Virus record (IMG/VR): IMGVR_UViG_3300045988_064381 | Location: 1-41,393 of that record | Origin: a virus | Length of the DNA stretch: 41,393 nt | Strand: one strand, 5' to 3' | In this document: in pieces, positions 23,661 through 32,729 of the stretch | How the letters are laid out: each line of letters starts with the position of its first letter | How positions within the stretch are numbered: the first letter of the stretch is position 1 | Translations under genes and position numbers: made by a program | Notes under the pieces: model-generated | What the model saw: only the letters and a program-made list of their open reading frames with translations | Databases searched by the model: none | Told to the model about the DNA's origin: nothing

Positions 23661-24236
23661 ATGGCGAAGATTGATTTGACAAAGATTGTCGGATATGAGG
23701 CGATGAATGAGGCTGAAAAGTTGAAAGCACTCGAGGATTATGAATTTGATGATCCTGACTACACAGGTTATGTGAAGAAAGAGATATTTGACAAAACAGC
23801 GTCCGAGTTAGCGTCTAAGAAGAAAGAGCTAAGGGATAAGATGAGCGAAGATGAGCGAAAGACTCAGGAAGATAAAGAGGCATTTGACGAGTTGCAGACA
23901 GCCTATGCGAATCTTAAAAGAGACAGTGAGGTCTCCAAGTACAAGGCTCAGTTCTTAGCAATGGGCTATAGCGATGAGTTGGCTACAGATACAGCCACAG
24001 CAATGGTTGATGGGGACAACGACAAAGTGTTCGCAAATCAAAAGGCACATCTACAAGGGATGGAAAGCAAGATTAAGGCAGATATCCTCAGTTCTACACC
24101 AAAGCCAGAGGGTGGTAATACCGATAAAAAACTCACCCTAGAGGCATTTAGAAAGCTATCACCAAGCGAGCGATTGGAGTTCGCAAATGCGAATCCAACG
24201 GAATATGAGGCACTATATACAGGGGGTAAAGAATAA
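23661..24236 (+). CDS. Scaffolding protein
   Basis: A charged, coiled-coil-like 191-aa protein between the portal and capsid genes. Confidence 0.65.
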   Translation: MAKIDLTKIVGYEAMNEAEKLKALEDYEFDDPDYTGYVKKEIFDKTASELASKKKELRDKMSEDERKTQEDKEAFDELQTAYANLKRDSEVSKYKAQFLAMGYSDELATDTATAMVDGDNDKVFANQKAHLQGMESKIKADILSSTPKPEGGNTDKKLTLEAFRKLSPSERLEFANANPTEYEALYTGGKE

Positions 24237-25033
24237 TGGCACACACAATATATAGTAATTTTTATCTATCAAATGAGATTGAGGACGCATACAAGTCACA
24301 TCTCGATTTGACAAAGTTTTGTAAGGTTGACAACACTCTAGTTGGCACACCGGGTATGGAGCGTAAGATTAACGTGTACAGTGCAGTGAATGGAGCTGAA
24401 AAGCTAGCAATGGGTGCAGGAAACACAAAGTCAATCGAGGTTAAGTACACAGAAAGACCTTACACAATCGCACTAGCTCAGAGCAGATTTGAGTATTTCG
24501 ACGAGCAGAATATGACAGACCCAATGCTTGTCCCAACAGGACTAAAGTACATGGGTGCTGATATGTTTAACACAGTAAATGCTGATATCTTCGCTGAGTA
24601 CAACAAGGCGAAACTAAAGGTACAGCCAAAGGCATATGACTTTGGTGCATTTGCTGACGCACTCTCACTTATCAATGTCGAGGACACTGATAATGACCCA
24701 CAGGACATCAACGCATTTGGTTTTGTAAACCCAAAAGACATGGCATTGGTACGTAAGGCTCTAAAAGATGACCTAAAGTATGTTGAGAGTTTTGCGAGAA
24801 CGGGTTATGTAGGTACTGTAGCAGGAATCAATCTCTACACAAAGAAAGACGCAGTAGCTGGTACTTGCATTGTCGGTGTGAAAGACGCGGTAACACTCTT
24901 TAACAAAAAGGGTACAGAAATCGAACAGCAGAGAGACGCAAATATTAGAAAGAATAGTATTTTCTCAAGAAAATATTATGTTGCGGCACTCACTGATGAG
25001 ACAAAGGCAGTGAAGATTATCATCACACCTTAA
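24236..25033 (+). CDS. Major capsid protein
   Basis: Assigned from its position after the scaffold gene, a TAATG coupled start and its size (265 aa). Confidence 0.65.
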   Translation: MAHTIYSNFYLSNEIEDAYKSHLDLTKFCKVDNTLVGTPGMERKINVYSAVNGAEKLAMGAGNTKSIEVKYTERPYTIALAQSRFEYFDEQNMTDPMLVPTGLKYMGADMFNTVNADIFAEYNKAKLKVQPKAYDFGAFADALSLINVEDTDNDPQDINAFGFVNPKDMALVRKALKDDLKYVESFARTGYVGTVAGINLYTKKDAVAGTCIVGVKDAVTLFNKKGTEIEQQRDANIRKNSIFSRKYYVAALTDETKAVKIIITP

Positions 25034-25080
25034 TTTGGTTTTCATTCATTTTTTCTTTTCAATGGTAAGGGGGTAGCAAA

Positions 25081-25398
25081 GTGACAGATGATGAAAAACT
25101 CAGTATGGTAAAGGCAATGTCAGAGGGGGTTGACACTGATGAAACTTTGCTCACCTACCTCAAAATTGCAGAGAAGAAAATATTAAACAGGTTATATCCG
25201 TTTGGTGACGAAAATAAAACGATACCTGAGAAGTATGAAATCATGCAATGCGAGATAGCAGTATATTTGCTCAATAAAAGAGGGGCAGAGGGGCAGACAA
25301 TACATGCTGAGAATGGTATCTCTCGAAGTTATGAATCCGGGGATATAGCTGAAACGCTACTCGCTCAAATCACACCTATCGTGGGGGTGATGAAGTGA
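25081..25398 (+). CDS. Head-tail connector / DNA-packaging protein (gp6-like), GTG start
   Basis: Assigned by position. LLTYLKIAEKKILNRLYPF is typical of this small family. AAGGGGG RBS. Confidence 0.5.
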   Translation: MTDDEKLSMVKAMSEGVDTDETLLTYLKIAEKKILNRLYPFGDENKTIPEKYEIMQCEIAVYLLNKRGAEGQTIHAENGISRSYESGDIAETLLAQITPIVGVMK

Positions 25399-25799
25399 AA
25401 TGCTTGGAGCGAAATAAGACATCATTTTGGTATTCGCCCTATATCGATAAGTCGGAGATAATCGACGAATATGGCAATGGGACAGGTGAATATCGAATCG
25501 ATAGAGCCGACCCAATAAAACTCAGAGCTAATATATCGTCGGCAAAAGGGGAGACTGAAAGCCAACTCTTTGGTGACACTGAAAATTATGATCGTGTAAT
25601 TGCATTAGATAAAGTGTCGCCACCGATAGATGAGTACACTATTTTGTGGATAGACACCGTACCTTTACTCACAACGAATGGTGAACTGAGACGAGACGCA
25701 GATGGTCAAATCTTAACACCACATAATTACATCGTGAAGAAAGTCGCAAAAAGTCTTAATTCGACACTTGTGGCGATTAGTAAAGTGACGGTATCGTAA
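25395..25799 (+). CDS. Head closure / head-tail adaptor protein (by position)
   Basis: A coupled ORF in the connector block. Confidence 0.4.
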   Translation: MKCLERNKTSFWYSPYIDKSEIIDEYGNGTGEYRIDRADPIKLRANISSAKGETESQLFGDTENYDRVIALDKVSPPIDEYTILWIDTVPLLTTNGELRRDADGQILTPHNYIVKKVAKSLNSTLVAISKVTVS

Positions 25800-26311
25800 T
25801 GCAGATCAAGGTGGAGTTATCACAGGATAGTGTCGATAAAGCAATCCAAAAGTTGGAGCAATATAAATCGGGACTTTTAGAAAAAGAACAAATTTTGCGT
25901 GAGGAGATAGCGAAAGTGCTAGAATCTCACGCTCAGTCAGGTTTTGATTCAGCGATTGTCAGTGACCTACTAAACGGTAGAACTGAGAAAGCTAATGTGA
26001 CAGTATCACACACAAGCAGTGGCAATACAACAGTTGTAATCGCAAAAGGTGAGGACGCAGTGTGGGTCGAGTTTGGTGCGGGTGTATACCACAACGGTTC
26101 AGTTGGTCAATCTCCTCATGAAAAAGGTAACGAGATGGGGATGACGATAGGTAGTTATGGTCATGGTCTAGGTCGAAGAGATGTGTGGGGATATATGGAC
26201 GGTGGTGAACTTATACTCACTCACGGTACGCCAATGCAATCACCGATGTATGAGGCACTTATGGTAGTGTGCTCAGAGCTACCAAAGATAGTAAAAGGGG
26301 TTTATGGATGA
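25799..26311 (+). CDS. Head-tail joining protein (gp10-like, by position)
   Basis: A coupled ORF in the connector block. Confidence 0.4.
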   Translation: MQIKVELSQDSVDKAIQKLEQYKSGLLEKEQILREEIAKVLESHAQSGFDSAIVSDLLNGRTEKANVTVSHTSSGNTTVVIAKGEDAVWVEFGAGVYHNGSVGQSPHEKGNEMGMTIGSYGHGLGRRDVWGYMDGGELILTHGTPMQSPMYEALMVVCSELPKIVKGVYG

Positions 26312-26712
26312 TAGATATAGAAAATGAAATATTCAATGCTGTATCTAAGCAGTTAAGAGCAATGTACAAGAATATATTTATCACTGGTGAATACGTGAAA
26401 GCACCACCATCATTCCCTTGTGTATCTATAGTGGAGATGGACAATCAGGCTTATCGTAGAACTAGGAGTACAGATTGTGTCGAGAATCACGCTCAGGTGA
26501 TGTATCGAATTAACATCTACTCGAACAAGGTTAGTGGTAAAAAGGCTGAATGTAAAGCTATATTATCGATTGTGGACGACGTATTTAGTGGGTTAGGGTT
26601 TAATCGAATGGGTGCGAGCCCTATACAAAACGAAAACGACGCTACAATCTATCGAATGGTTGCTCAATATAGAGCAGTTATATCAACATCAAAGAAAATT
26701 TACAGGGGGTAA
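26308..26712 (+). CDS. Tail completion / terminator protein (by position)
   Basis: ATGA overlap start at 26308, immediately before the tail tube gene. Confidence 0.4.
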   Translation: MIDIENEIFNAVSKQLRAMYKNIFITGEYVKAPPSFPCVSIVEMDNQAYRRTRSTDCVENHAQVMYRINIYSNKVSGKKAECKAILSIVDDVFSGLGFNRMGASPIQNENDATIYRMVAQYRAVISTSKKIYRG

Positions 26713-26717
26713 AGGTT

Positions 26718-27149
26718 ATGGCAATAATCACATATAAGACTTTTCTGATGAAAAAGGGTACATCGACTTGGGAAAAGGTACTAGATATCACAAGTTTTCC
26801 TGACCTCGGTGGTGCACCTGAAATGCTAGATACAACAACACTATCGGACAGCATGAAAACATCTGAGCCGGGAATCCTATCAGGTGGTACACTCGAGTTT
26901 GGTGCTAACTACACACTAGCTGATTATAAAAAGCTAAAGGCACTCGAGGGTAAAGAAGAGGAGTATGGAGTATGGTTTGGTGGCACAGAAACAGCTGGGG
27001 CACTAACACCAAAGGGTGATGACGGTAAGTTTAAATTCAAGGGCAAGCTAACAGTGACCCCACCTAATGGTGGTAGTGTCAACGAGGTTGTTAAGATGAA
27101 GATTTCTATCGCACCATCTACACCTATCACACTAGATACTACAGTATAA
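26718..27149 (+). CDS. Major tail (tube) protein
   Basis: It lies before the chaperone pair and tape measure gene. The N-terminus YKTFLMKKGTSTWEKVLDITSFPDLGGAPEMLDTTTLSD resembles TP901-1/phi13-type tail proteins. Confidence 0.6.
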   Translation: MAIITYKTFLMKKGTSTWEKVLDITSFPDLGGAPEMLDTTTLSDSMKTSEPGILSGGTLEFGANYTLADYKKLKALEGKEEEYGVWFGGTETAGALTPKGDDGKFKFKGKLTVTPPNGGSVNEVVKMKISIAPSTPITLDTTV

Positions 27150-27178
27150 GCTAAAGATACTAAAAGGAGAGATATAAA

Positions 27179-27502
27179 ATGAAACAGCTAAAATTTACTT
27201 ACGACGGAACAGAATACACATTAGAGTTCACACGAAAGACCGTAGCAGAGATGGAAAAGAGAGGGTTTATTGCGTCAGAAGTTGACACAAAGCCGATGAG
27301 CACTCTTCCTGAACTGTTCGCTGGCTCATTTCTAGCACATCACAGATTCATACAGCGTAAGCTAGTTGATGAGATTTATGAGAAGATGAACAACAAGTCC
27401 GAGCTAATAGGTAAGTTGGCAGAAATGTATAACGAGCCTATCATGACACTTGTAGAGGAGCCGGCAAAAAAGGGAAACTTGGAGTGGACGACGGATTTTT
27501 AG
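27179..27502 (+). CDS. Tail assembly chaperone (gpG-like)
   Basis: It lies between the tube and tape measure genes and contains the slippery site near its 3' end. Confidence 0.65.
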   Translation: MKQLKFTYDGTEYTLEFTRKTVAEMEKRGFIASEVDTKPMSTLPELFAGSFLAHHRFIQRKLVDEIYEKMNNKSELIGKLAEMYNEPIMTLVEEPAKKGNLEWTTDF

Positions 27503-27960
27503 AGGATTCGTCGCCCTACACAATGGATGATAGGAGAGAGGTTTTGCTTAAAAATCTCTCTCTAACACCTTATACGGATATTTTCGACGAGCAGTTTCCA
27601 TATTATTTGGCAATAGGTATGACGTATGACCAATTTTGGAATGATGATCCAACCATAGTCAAGGCATTTAGAAAAGCTGAGGAAATCAAAACCACGAAAG
27701 CTAATCAGATGGCATGGTTACAAGGACGATATATCTATGACGCAATATTAAGGGTAACACCTGTTATCGGTGGTCATGAACCTATCGAATATCTCAGTGA
27801 GGCATATCCAATCGGAGATACAGCAATAGAAAAGGCTCAGGAAAAGCAGGAAGAAACGAATAGGGCTAAAGCTAAACAATTCATGGAAATGTTCGCAGTG
27901 AACAATAACGCAAGATTCAGTGAAAAGGGGGAAGAAGATGTCAGACGCAATGAGGATTGA
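27179..27960 (+). CDS. Tail assembly chaperone G-T fusion made by a -1 frameshift at 27472
   Basis: The -1 frame reads GKLGVDDGFLEDSSPYTMDD... and joins track ORF 27484..27960. This arrangement is conserved in long-tailed phages. Confidence 0.55.
27466..27472 (+). promoter_or_regulatory. -1 programmed frameshift slippery heptamer A_AAA_AAG
   Basis: In the zero frame the codons are gcA AAA AAG. The -1 frame is open from here to 27960. Confidence 0.65.
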
Positions 27961-30900
27961 CGCACTGGAAATACAGATACAGACATCGTCACAGTCGGCA
28001 GTCAATGGTGTCGAGGCTTTAACGAGCTCTCTCTCAAAACTTAGAGATTCCCTAAAAGGTGGGATCGGATTAGATGGCGTTATTGGTGAGTTGAAAAAAC
28101 TCGACGATACAACCCGTTCTTTAGATGGGTCAGCGTCGGTAAAAATTAGAAATTTATCAAATGCTATCAAAACCTTGTCCGATGTTAGTAAGAACAAAAT
28201 ATCATCCTCTCTCGGAAACCAACTCAAAAAAATATCAGATGGGTTAAAGGATTTCAAGGGTGGTGATTATTCATATCTAAACGAATTATCGAGAAGTTTG
28301 GCTAGTCTATCACACATTAAAAGTGGGTCGGGTGTAAAGACACTTGTAAACCAACTCAAGGAGTTACCCGCTATAGCGAGGGAGTTAAAGTCATCCGATA
28401 TGCAAGGTTTTGTAGCTACCCTAAAGAGTCTAACAGGGGCTCTAGCACCATTGGGCTATGTTATACAAAGATTGCAAGGCAATATTAGTAATTTGCCATC
28501 TAAATTTTCACGATTAGCATATACATCAAGTAAGGTCGCTGAGGCTAATGCTAGTCTAAAAAGTAGTCTAGTAGGTATATACGCTAAGGCAAAGATGGTA
28601 TGGGTTGGCTTTTCACAACTTAGAGAGAAACTCAGTGGGTTTATAACGGAATCAAATAAATATATCGAGGACTTAAACTTATTCACAGCGTCAATGGGCG
28701 AGGGATCTAAGTCGGCACAGCGATTTGGTGAAAAGGTTAGTGACGCAATGGGAATTGACCCAGCTGAATGGATGAGAAACCAAGGTATATTTAATACTAT
28801 TACTGAGGGATTTGGTGTCGCTAGTGACAGAGCCCACATCATGTCAAAGAATCTAACACAGCTAGGATATGACTTATCATCATTTTTTAATATCAGCTAT
28901 GAAGATTCTATGCAGAAATTACAGTCGGGTCTAGCTGGCGAACTAGAGCCACTAAGACGACTAGGATTTGACTTATCTGTAGCTAGGTTACAGCAAGAGG
29001 CGTACAACCTCGGTATAAATCAGAGCGTAAATAGTATGACACAAGCTGAAAAGGCTCAGTTGAGATACCATGCTATTTTGACCCAAGTAACAGTGGCTCA
29101 GGGTGATATGGCAAGGACAATCGACGCACCTGCTAATCAGCTAAGAATATTCAAGGCTCAGATAACACAGGCGTCTAGGGCAATCGGTAATATGTTCATT
29201 CCAATGCTACAGGCTATATTACCATATGCAATCGCAGTGGCAAAAGTGATTACCCTGATGGCGAATGTGCTAGCAAGATTATTCGGATATAAGAAAGTTG
29301 ATATCGATTACAGTAGCGTCAAAAAAGGTAGCAGTGCTCTAGGTGGTATGACCAACAACGCAAATAATGCGGGTCGAGCACTAGGGGGTGCTACAAAGAA
29401 AGCTAAAGAACTTAAAAATGCACTATTAGGAATCGATGAACTACACATCATCTCACCATTAGAGCAAGGCTCAGGTGGGTCAGGTGGGGGTGGTGGAATC
29501 GGTGGTGTAGATGGTCTAGGAACGGGTATGGATTTTGACTTAGATTCTTATGATTTTACACTAGGTAAGATTTCGCCAAAGTTTGAAAAGATTTTCCAAA
29601 AGATGAAAAAATGGCTCGGTCTCGACAAAGAAATAAACAGTTGGAGCGAGTTAATGGACACTAGATTTGGTCACATACTTGAAGAGGTGGTAGCCATAGG
29701 TGTCGCATTTGGTACGTGGAAAATTGCGAAAGGTTTGTTATCGGCAATTCGAGAGATTGAAAAACTAGGTGGTGTCTTTAATGGCATAACCATAGTAGGA
29801 GCGATCCTATTTGTCCAAGATATACTAGAATTTGTCGAGGCTATACATAGAATTGCTAAAGAGGGTGCAGATTTTTCAACAGTTGGAAAAGCTATATCGG
29901 AATTTACAGGTATGCTCGGTGATTCCCTCATAATTCTCGGCAAAACCAAAATCGGTGGAGCACTGAAAGTTGTACAAGGTATAGGTGAAATTGTCACAGC
30001 TTTACGACATATCTCTAAAAATGGTATTAACTTTGATGATATTCAAGATGTAATTCAAGGTATTGGAAACATCGGAATAGCCGTCGGAATTATGACAAGT
30101 AATTGGAAAACCCTCGGTGTCGGAATGATAATACAAGGTATATCGGGTACGATTGATGAGTTGAGAAAAGTCATACCAAAACTTAAAAAAGGCGATTGGT
30201 CGGCTCTTCGCTCACCTAAACTTATTATCAGTGCAATCGAGATGTTAGCTGGAATAGGATTCGTATTCGGTTGGTTTTCAAAACTAAAATTCCCATTTAA
30301 AAAGGCAGATGTACTAGAAAAAACAAAGACTATTACAGAGGCTACAGAATCCGTCAACCCGGTTAAGTCAGGGATGACAGGTAAGCTAAAGAATTTAGCG
30401 AAAGATATGGGACTAGGTCTTGTGATAATGGGTGAGGTAATCGTCGCTGTAGCATTATTTGTTGGGGCGATTGCTCTTATAGGATTTGAACTCGGACTTG
30501 TTGGTAAAGCATGGAAACCTGTAATTGAAAATAAAGACGACATCATAAAGGGTGTCGGACTAGGTACGCTAACACTTGTTGCAGTCGGTGGGGGCACATA
30601 TCTACTCGGTCAAGCGGGTAAGGAAATTGCACCTAACATGGCAATCGGTATTGCAGTATTAGTCGAGATAGGAATAGCAACAGCGATATTCCTTGCTGAA
30701 ATCATCATCGTTGCAAAACTACTAGAGATGGTTGGTAAGGCTTGGCAACCCGTTTTGGAAAATGGCGATACCATTAAGAGGGGTATTAAATATGGCACAT
30801 TATTGTTAGTTGGAATTGGTGTTGTTACAGCTGGACTAGGCTTTATAACTGTAGGAACAGGGGGAACTATACCAATGGCGATTGCAATAGGTACAGCGTT

Positions 30901-32338
30901 GTTAGTGGAGCTAGCTGGAGCACTTGTACTATTTGTAGATAGCCTTGTCGATGTCGCTAATAGTTTGAGTGGTAGATTAGCACCCGCTCTAGGTAGGTTA
31001 AATGATAAGCTACCAAAACTGAAAGACGATATGTCGGACTTTACTAAGTTTATGGGTGATTTTGCAGAAGAGGTATGGGACTATACAAAGAACTCAGCCA
31101 TAGCTGGATTTGGGGCAACAATCGATAAGGGGCTAGATTTCTTCCTAGCCGACCCAATCGAGCGTTTGTCGGATGATGTCCATGACATAAGCACACAAGC
31201 CTCATCTCTAAGACGAGAGTTGAAAAAAGCTATACCTAAGCTAGAAGATTGTAGAGATTTGATGACAAGCTATAAGGGTGCATTGCGAGAACTTAGAAAG
31301 GTCATAGGTAAGAATAGTGGAAACTATAACTTATCCGACAATCTAAGTGTTAGTGTAACAGTGCGAGTAAATCTCACTAAGAATGGATGGTCAACAATAG
31401 GTTCATTCATCGGTGATATCCCAACCCTCAGTCAGAGAATTAGTCTAAGGCGTAAAGATTGGCGAACGGTTAAAGAATGGGTAGGTGATATACCTGTACT
31501 CAGTCAGGCAATACAACTTATTAAGAGAGGTTGGACAACAGTTGCGTCATGGGTAGGAGCTGGTGGAAATATCACAGTAAGTGTATATCTAAGGCTTGCT
31601 CGAGGACATAGCTTAGAGAATCTTATCGGAACATCAATCACTATCGATGTATCGCTAAAGAAAAAGAACTGGAAATCGGTTAAACATTTCTTTGGACTAT
31701 CAGGTGGTGGATATTTCAACTCGAATCTCTTTGGTACATTCGCAGATGGTGGCTATATGCGAAACGGTAATCAGACGCATTGGGGCAACATACCAATGTA
31801 TGCTAATGGTACTAGCAATGCTCTACATGGCTCAATGTTCATAGCTGGCGAATCCGGGGCAGAAATGGTCGGACATATAAATGGTCAGACAGAAGTTTTG
31901 AATCAGTCACAAATCAAATTGGCGATGAGGAGTGCTGTAATCAGTGGTATGCTACAGTTCACAGGGTATTGGTCACAGATGAACAATCTCCTAGTAGCTT
32001 GCACAAATTCGGTGATTAATGCGATTTTGGTGAGTGCTGAGGCAATCAATAGATCTCAAACAGTAGTACAAGAGTATGACCTCTCAGAAAATGTGGCAAA
32101 TAGCCTATTTACAGAAAGTCAAAGGTTGACAGCCCAATCTCGAGCAGAGGGCACATCACAGCAGGAACTTGCTGACCTATTCAGAGAGTATATCGAACCT
32201 ACACTGAGGGAGATTGCGATAGATACTAAGCGACAAGCTGATAAGAGCGAACGCACAGTAGTTCAGATTGGTAATAGGACGGTAAGTGACGTGGTTGAAA
32301 CTCAGAGGAACGCTAATGGATTTGTATTTGCAAAGTAA
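27938..32338 (+). CDS. Tape measure protein
   Basis: A 1466-aa protein with a helical N-terminus, a Gly-rich segment and a long stretch of hydrophobic helices. ATG 27938 follows AAGGGGGAAG. Confidence 0.85.
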   Translation: MSDAMRIDALEIQIQTSSQSAVNGVEALTSSLSKLRDSLKGGIGLDGVIGELKKLDDTTRSLDGSASVKIRNLSNAIKTLSDVSKNKISSSLGNQLKKISDGLKDFKGGDYSYLNELSRSLASLSHIKSGSGVKTLVNQLKELPAIARELKSSDMQGFVATLKSLTGALAPLGYVIQRLQGNISNLPSKFSRLAYTSSKVAEANASLKSSLVGIYAKAKMVWVGFSQLREKLSGFITESNKYIEDLNLFTASMGEGSKSAQRFGEKVSDAMGIDPAEWMRNQGIFNTITEGFGVASDRAHIMSKNLTQLGYDLSSFFNISYEDSMQKLQSGLAGELEPLRRLGFDLSVARLQQEAYNLGINQSVNSMTQAEKAQLRYHAILTQVTVAQGDMARTIDAPANQLRIFKAQITQASRAIGNMFIPMLQAILPYAIAVAKVITLMANVLARLFGYKKVDIDYSSVKKGSSALGGMTNNANNAGRALGGATKKAKELKNALLGIDELHIISPLEQGSGGSGGGGGIGGVDGLGTGMDFDLDSYDFTLGKISPKFEKIFQKMKKWLGLDKEINSWSELMDTRFGHILEEVVAIGVAFGTWKIAKGLLSAIREIEKLGGVFNGITIVGAILFVQDILEFVEAIHRIAKEGADFSTVGKAISEFTGMLGDSLIILGKTKIGGALKVVQGIGEIVTALRHISKNGINFDDIQDVIQGIGNIGIAVGIMTSNWKTLGVGMIIQGISGTIDELRKVIPKLKKGDWSALRSPKLIISAIEMLAGIGFVFGWFSKLKFPFKKADVLEKTKTITEATESVNPVKSGMTGKLKNLAKDMGLGLVIMGEVIVAVALFVGAIALIGFELGLVGKAWKPVIENKDDIIKGVGLGTLTLVAVGGGTYLLGQAGKEIAPNMAIGIAVLVEIGIATAIFLAEIIIVAKLLEMVGKAWQPVLENGDTIKRGIKYGTLLLVGIGVVTAGLGFITVGTGGTIPMAIAIGTALLVELAGALVLFVDSLVDVANSLSGRLAPALGRLNDKLPKLKDDMSDFTKFMGDFAEEVWDYTKNSAIAGFGATIDKGLDFFLADPIERLSDDVHDISTQASSLRRELKKAIPKLEDCRDLMTSYKGALRELRKVIGKNSGNYNLSDNLSVSVTVRVNLTKNGWSTIGSFIGDIPTLSQRISLRRKDWRTVKEWVGDIPVLSQAIQLIKRGWTTVASWVGAGGNITVSVYLRLARGHSLENLIGTSITIDVSLKKKNWKSVKHFFGLSGGGYFNSNLFGTFADGGYMRNGNQTHWGNIPMYANGTSNALHGSMFIAGESGAEMVGHINGQTEVLNQSQIKLAMRSAVISGMLQFTGYWSQMNNLLVACTNSVINAILVSAEAINRSQTVVQEYDLSENVANSLFTESQRLTAQSRAEGTSQQELADLFREYIEPTLREIAIDTKRQADKSERTVVQIGNRTVSDVVETQRNANGFVFAK

Positions 32339-32349
32339 GGGGGTATAAC

Positions 32350-32721
32350 ATGGCTTATATTTCAATTAATGGTTACGCATTACCCCCTTGCAAAAGGGGA
32401 GTGAGGATAGTTCTCACAACGGCTGTAAATGCGGGTCGAGATGGCAATGGTGCAGTTGTTGGTCAGAGAATTGGACGAGACCAATATAAAATAGACGGAT
32501 TGGAGTGGGCATGGCTCACAGCAAGCGAATGGCAGAGAATATTGTCATTGCTACAGAACTTTTATGTTAATGTCACATTTAATGATCCTTATACAAATGC
32601 TCGAAAGACACTTAGGATGTATTGTGGCGATAGAACGGCTGAACCTTATTGGGTCACGGAAGATGGGACACCTACACATTATAGAAATTGTAAAGTCAAT
32701 CTAATCGACACAGGTCTATAG
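32350..32721 (+). CDS. Tail component (by position)
   Basis: A 123-aa ORF directly after the tape measure gene, with a GGGGG RBS. Confidence 0.45.
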   Translation: MAYISINGYALPPCKRGVRIVLTTAVNAGRDGNGAVVGQRIGRDQYKIDGLEWAWLTASEWQRILSLLQNFYVNVTFNDPYTNARKTLRMYCGDRTAEPYWVTEDGTPTHYRNCKVNLIDTGL

Positions 32722-32729
32722 GGGGAGTT

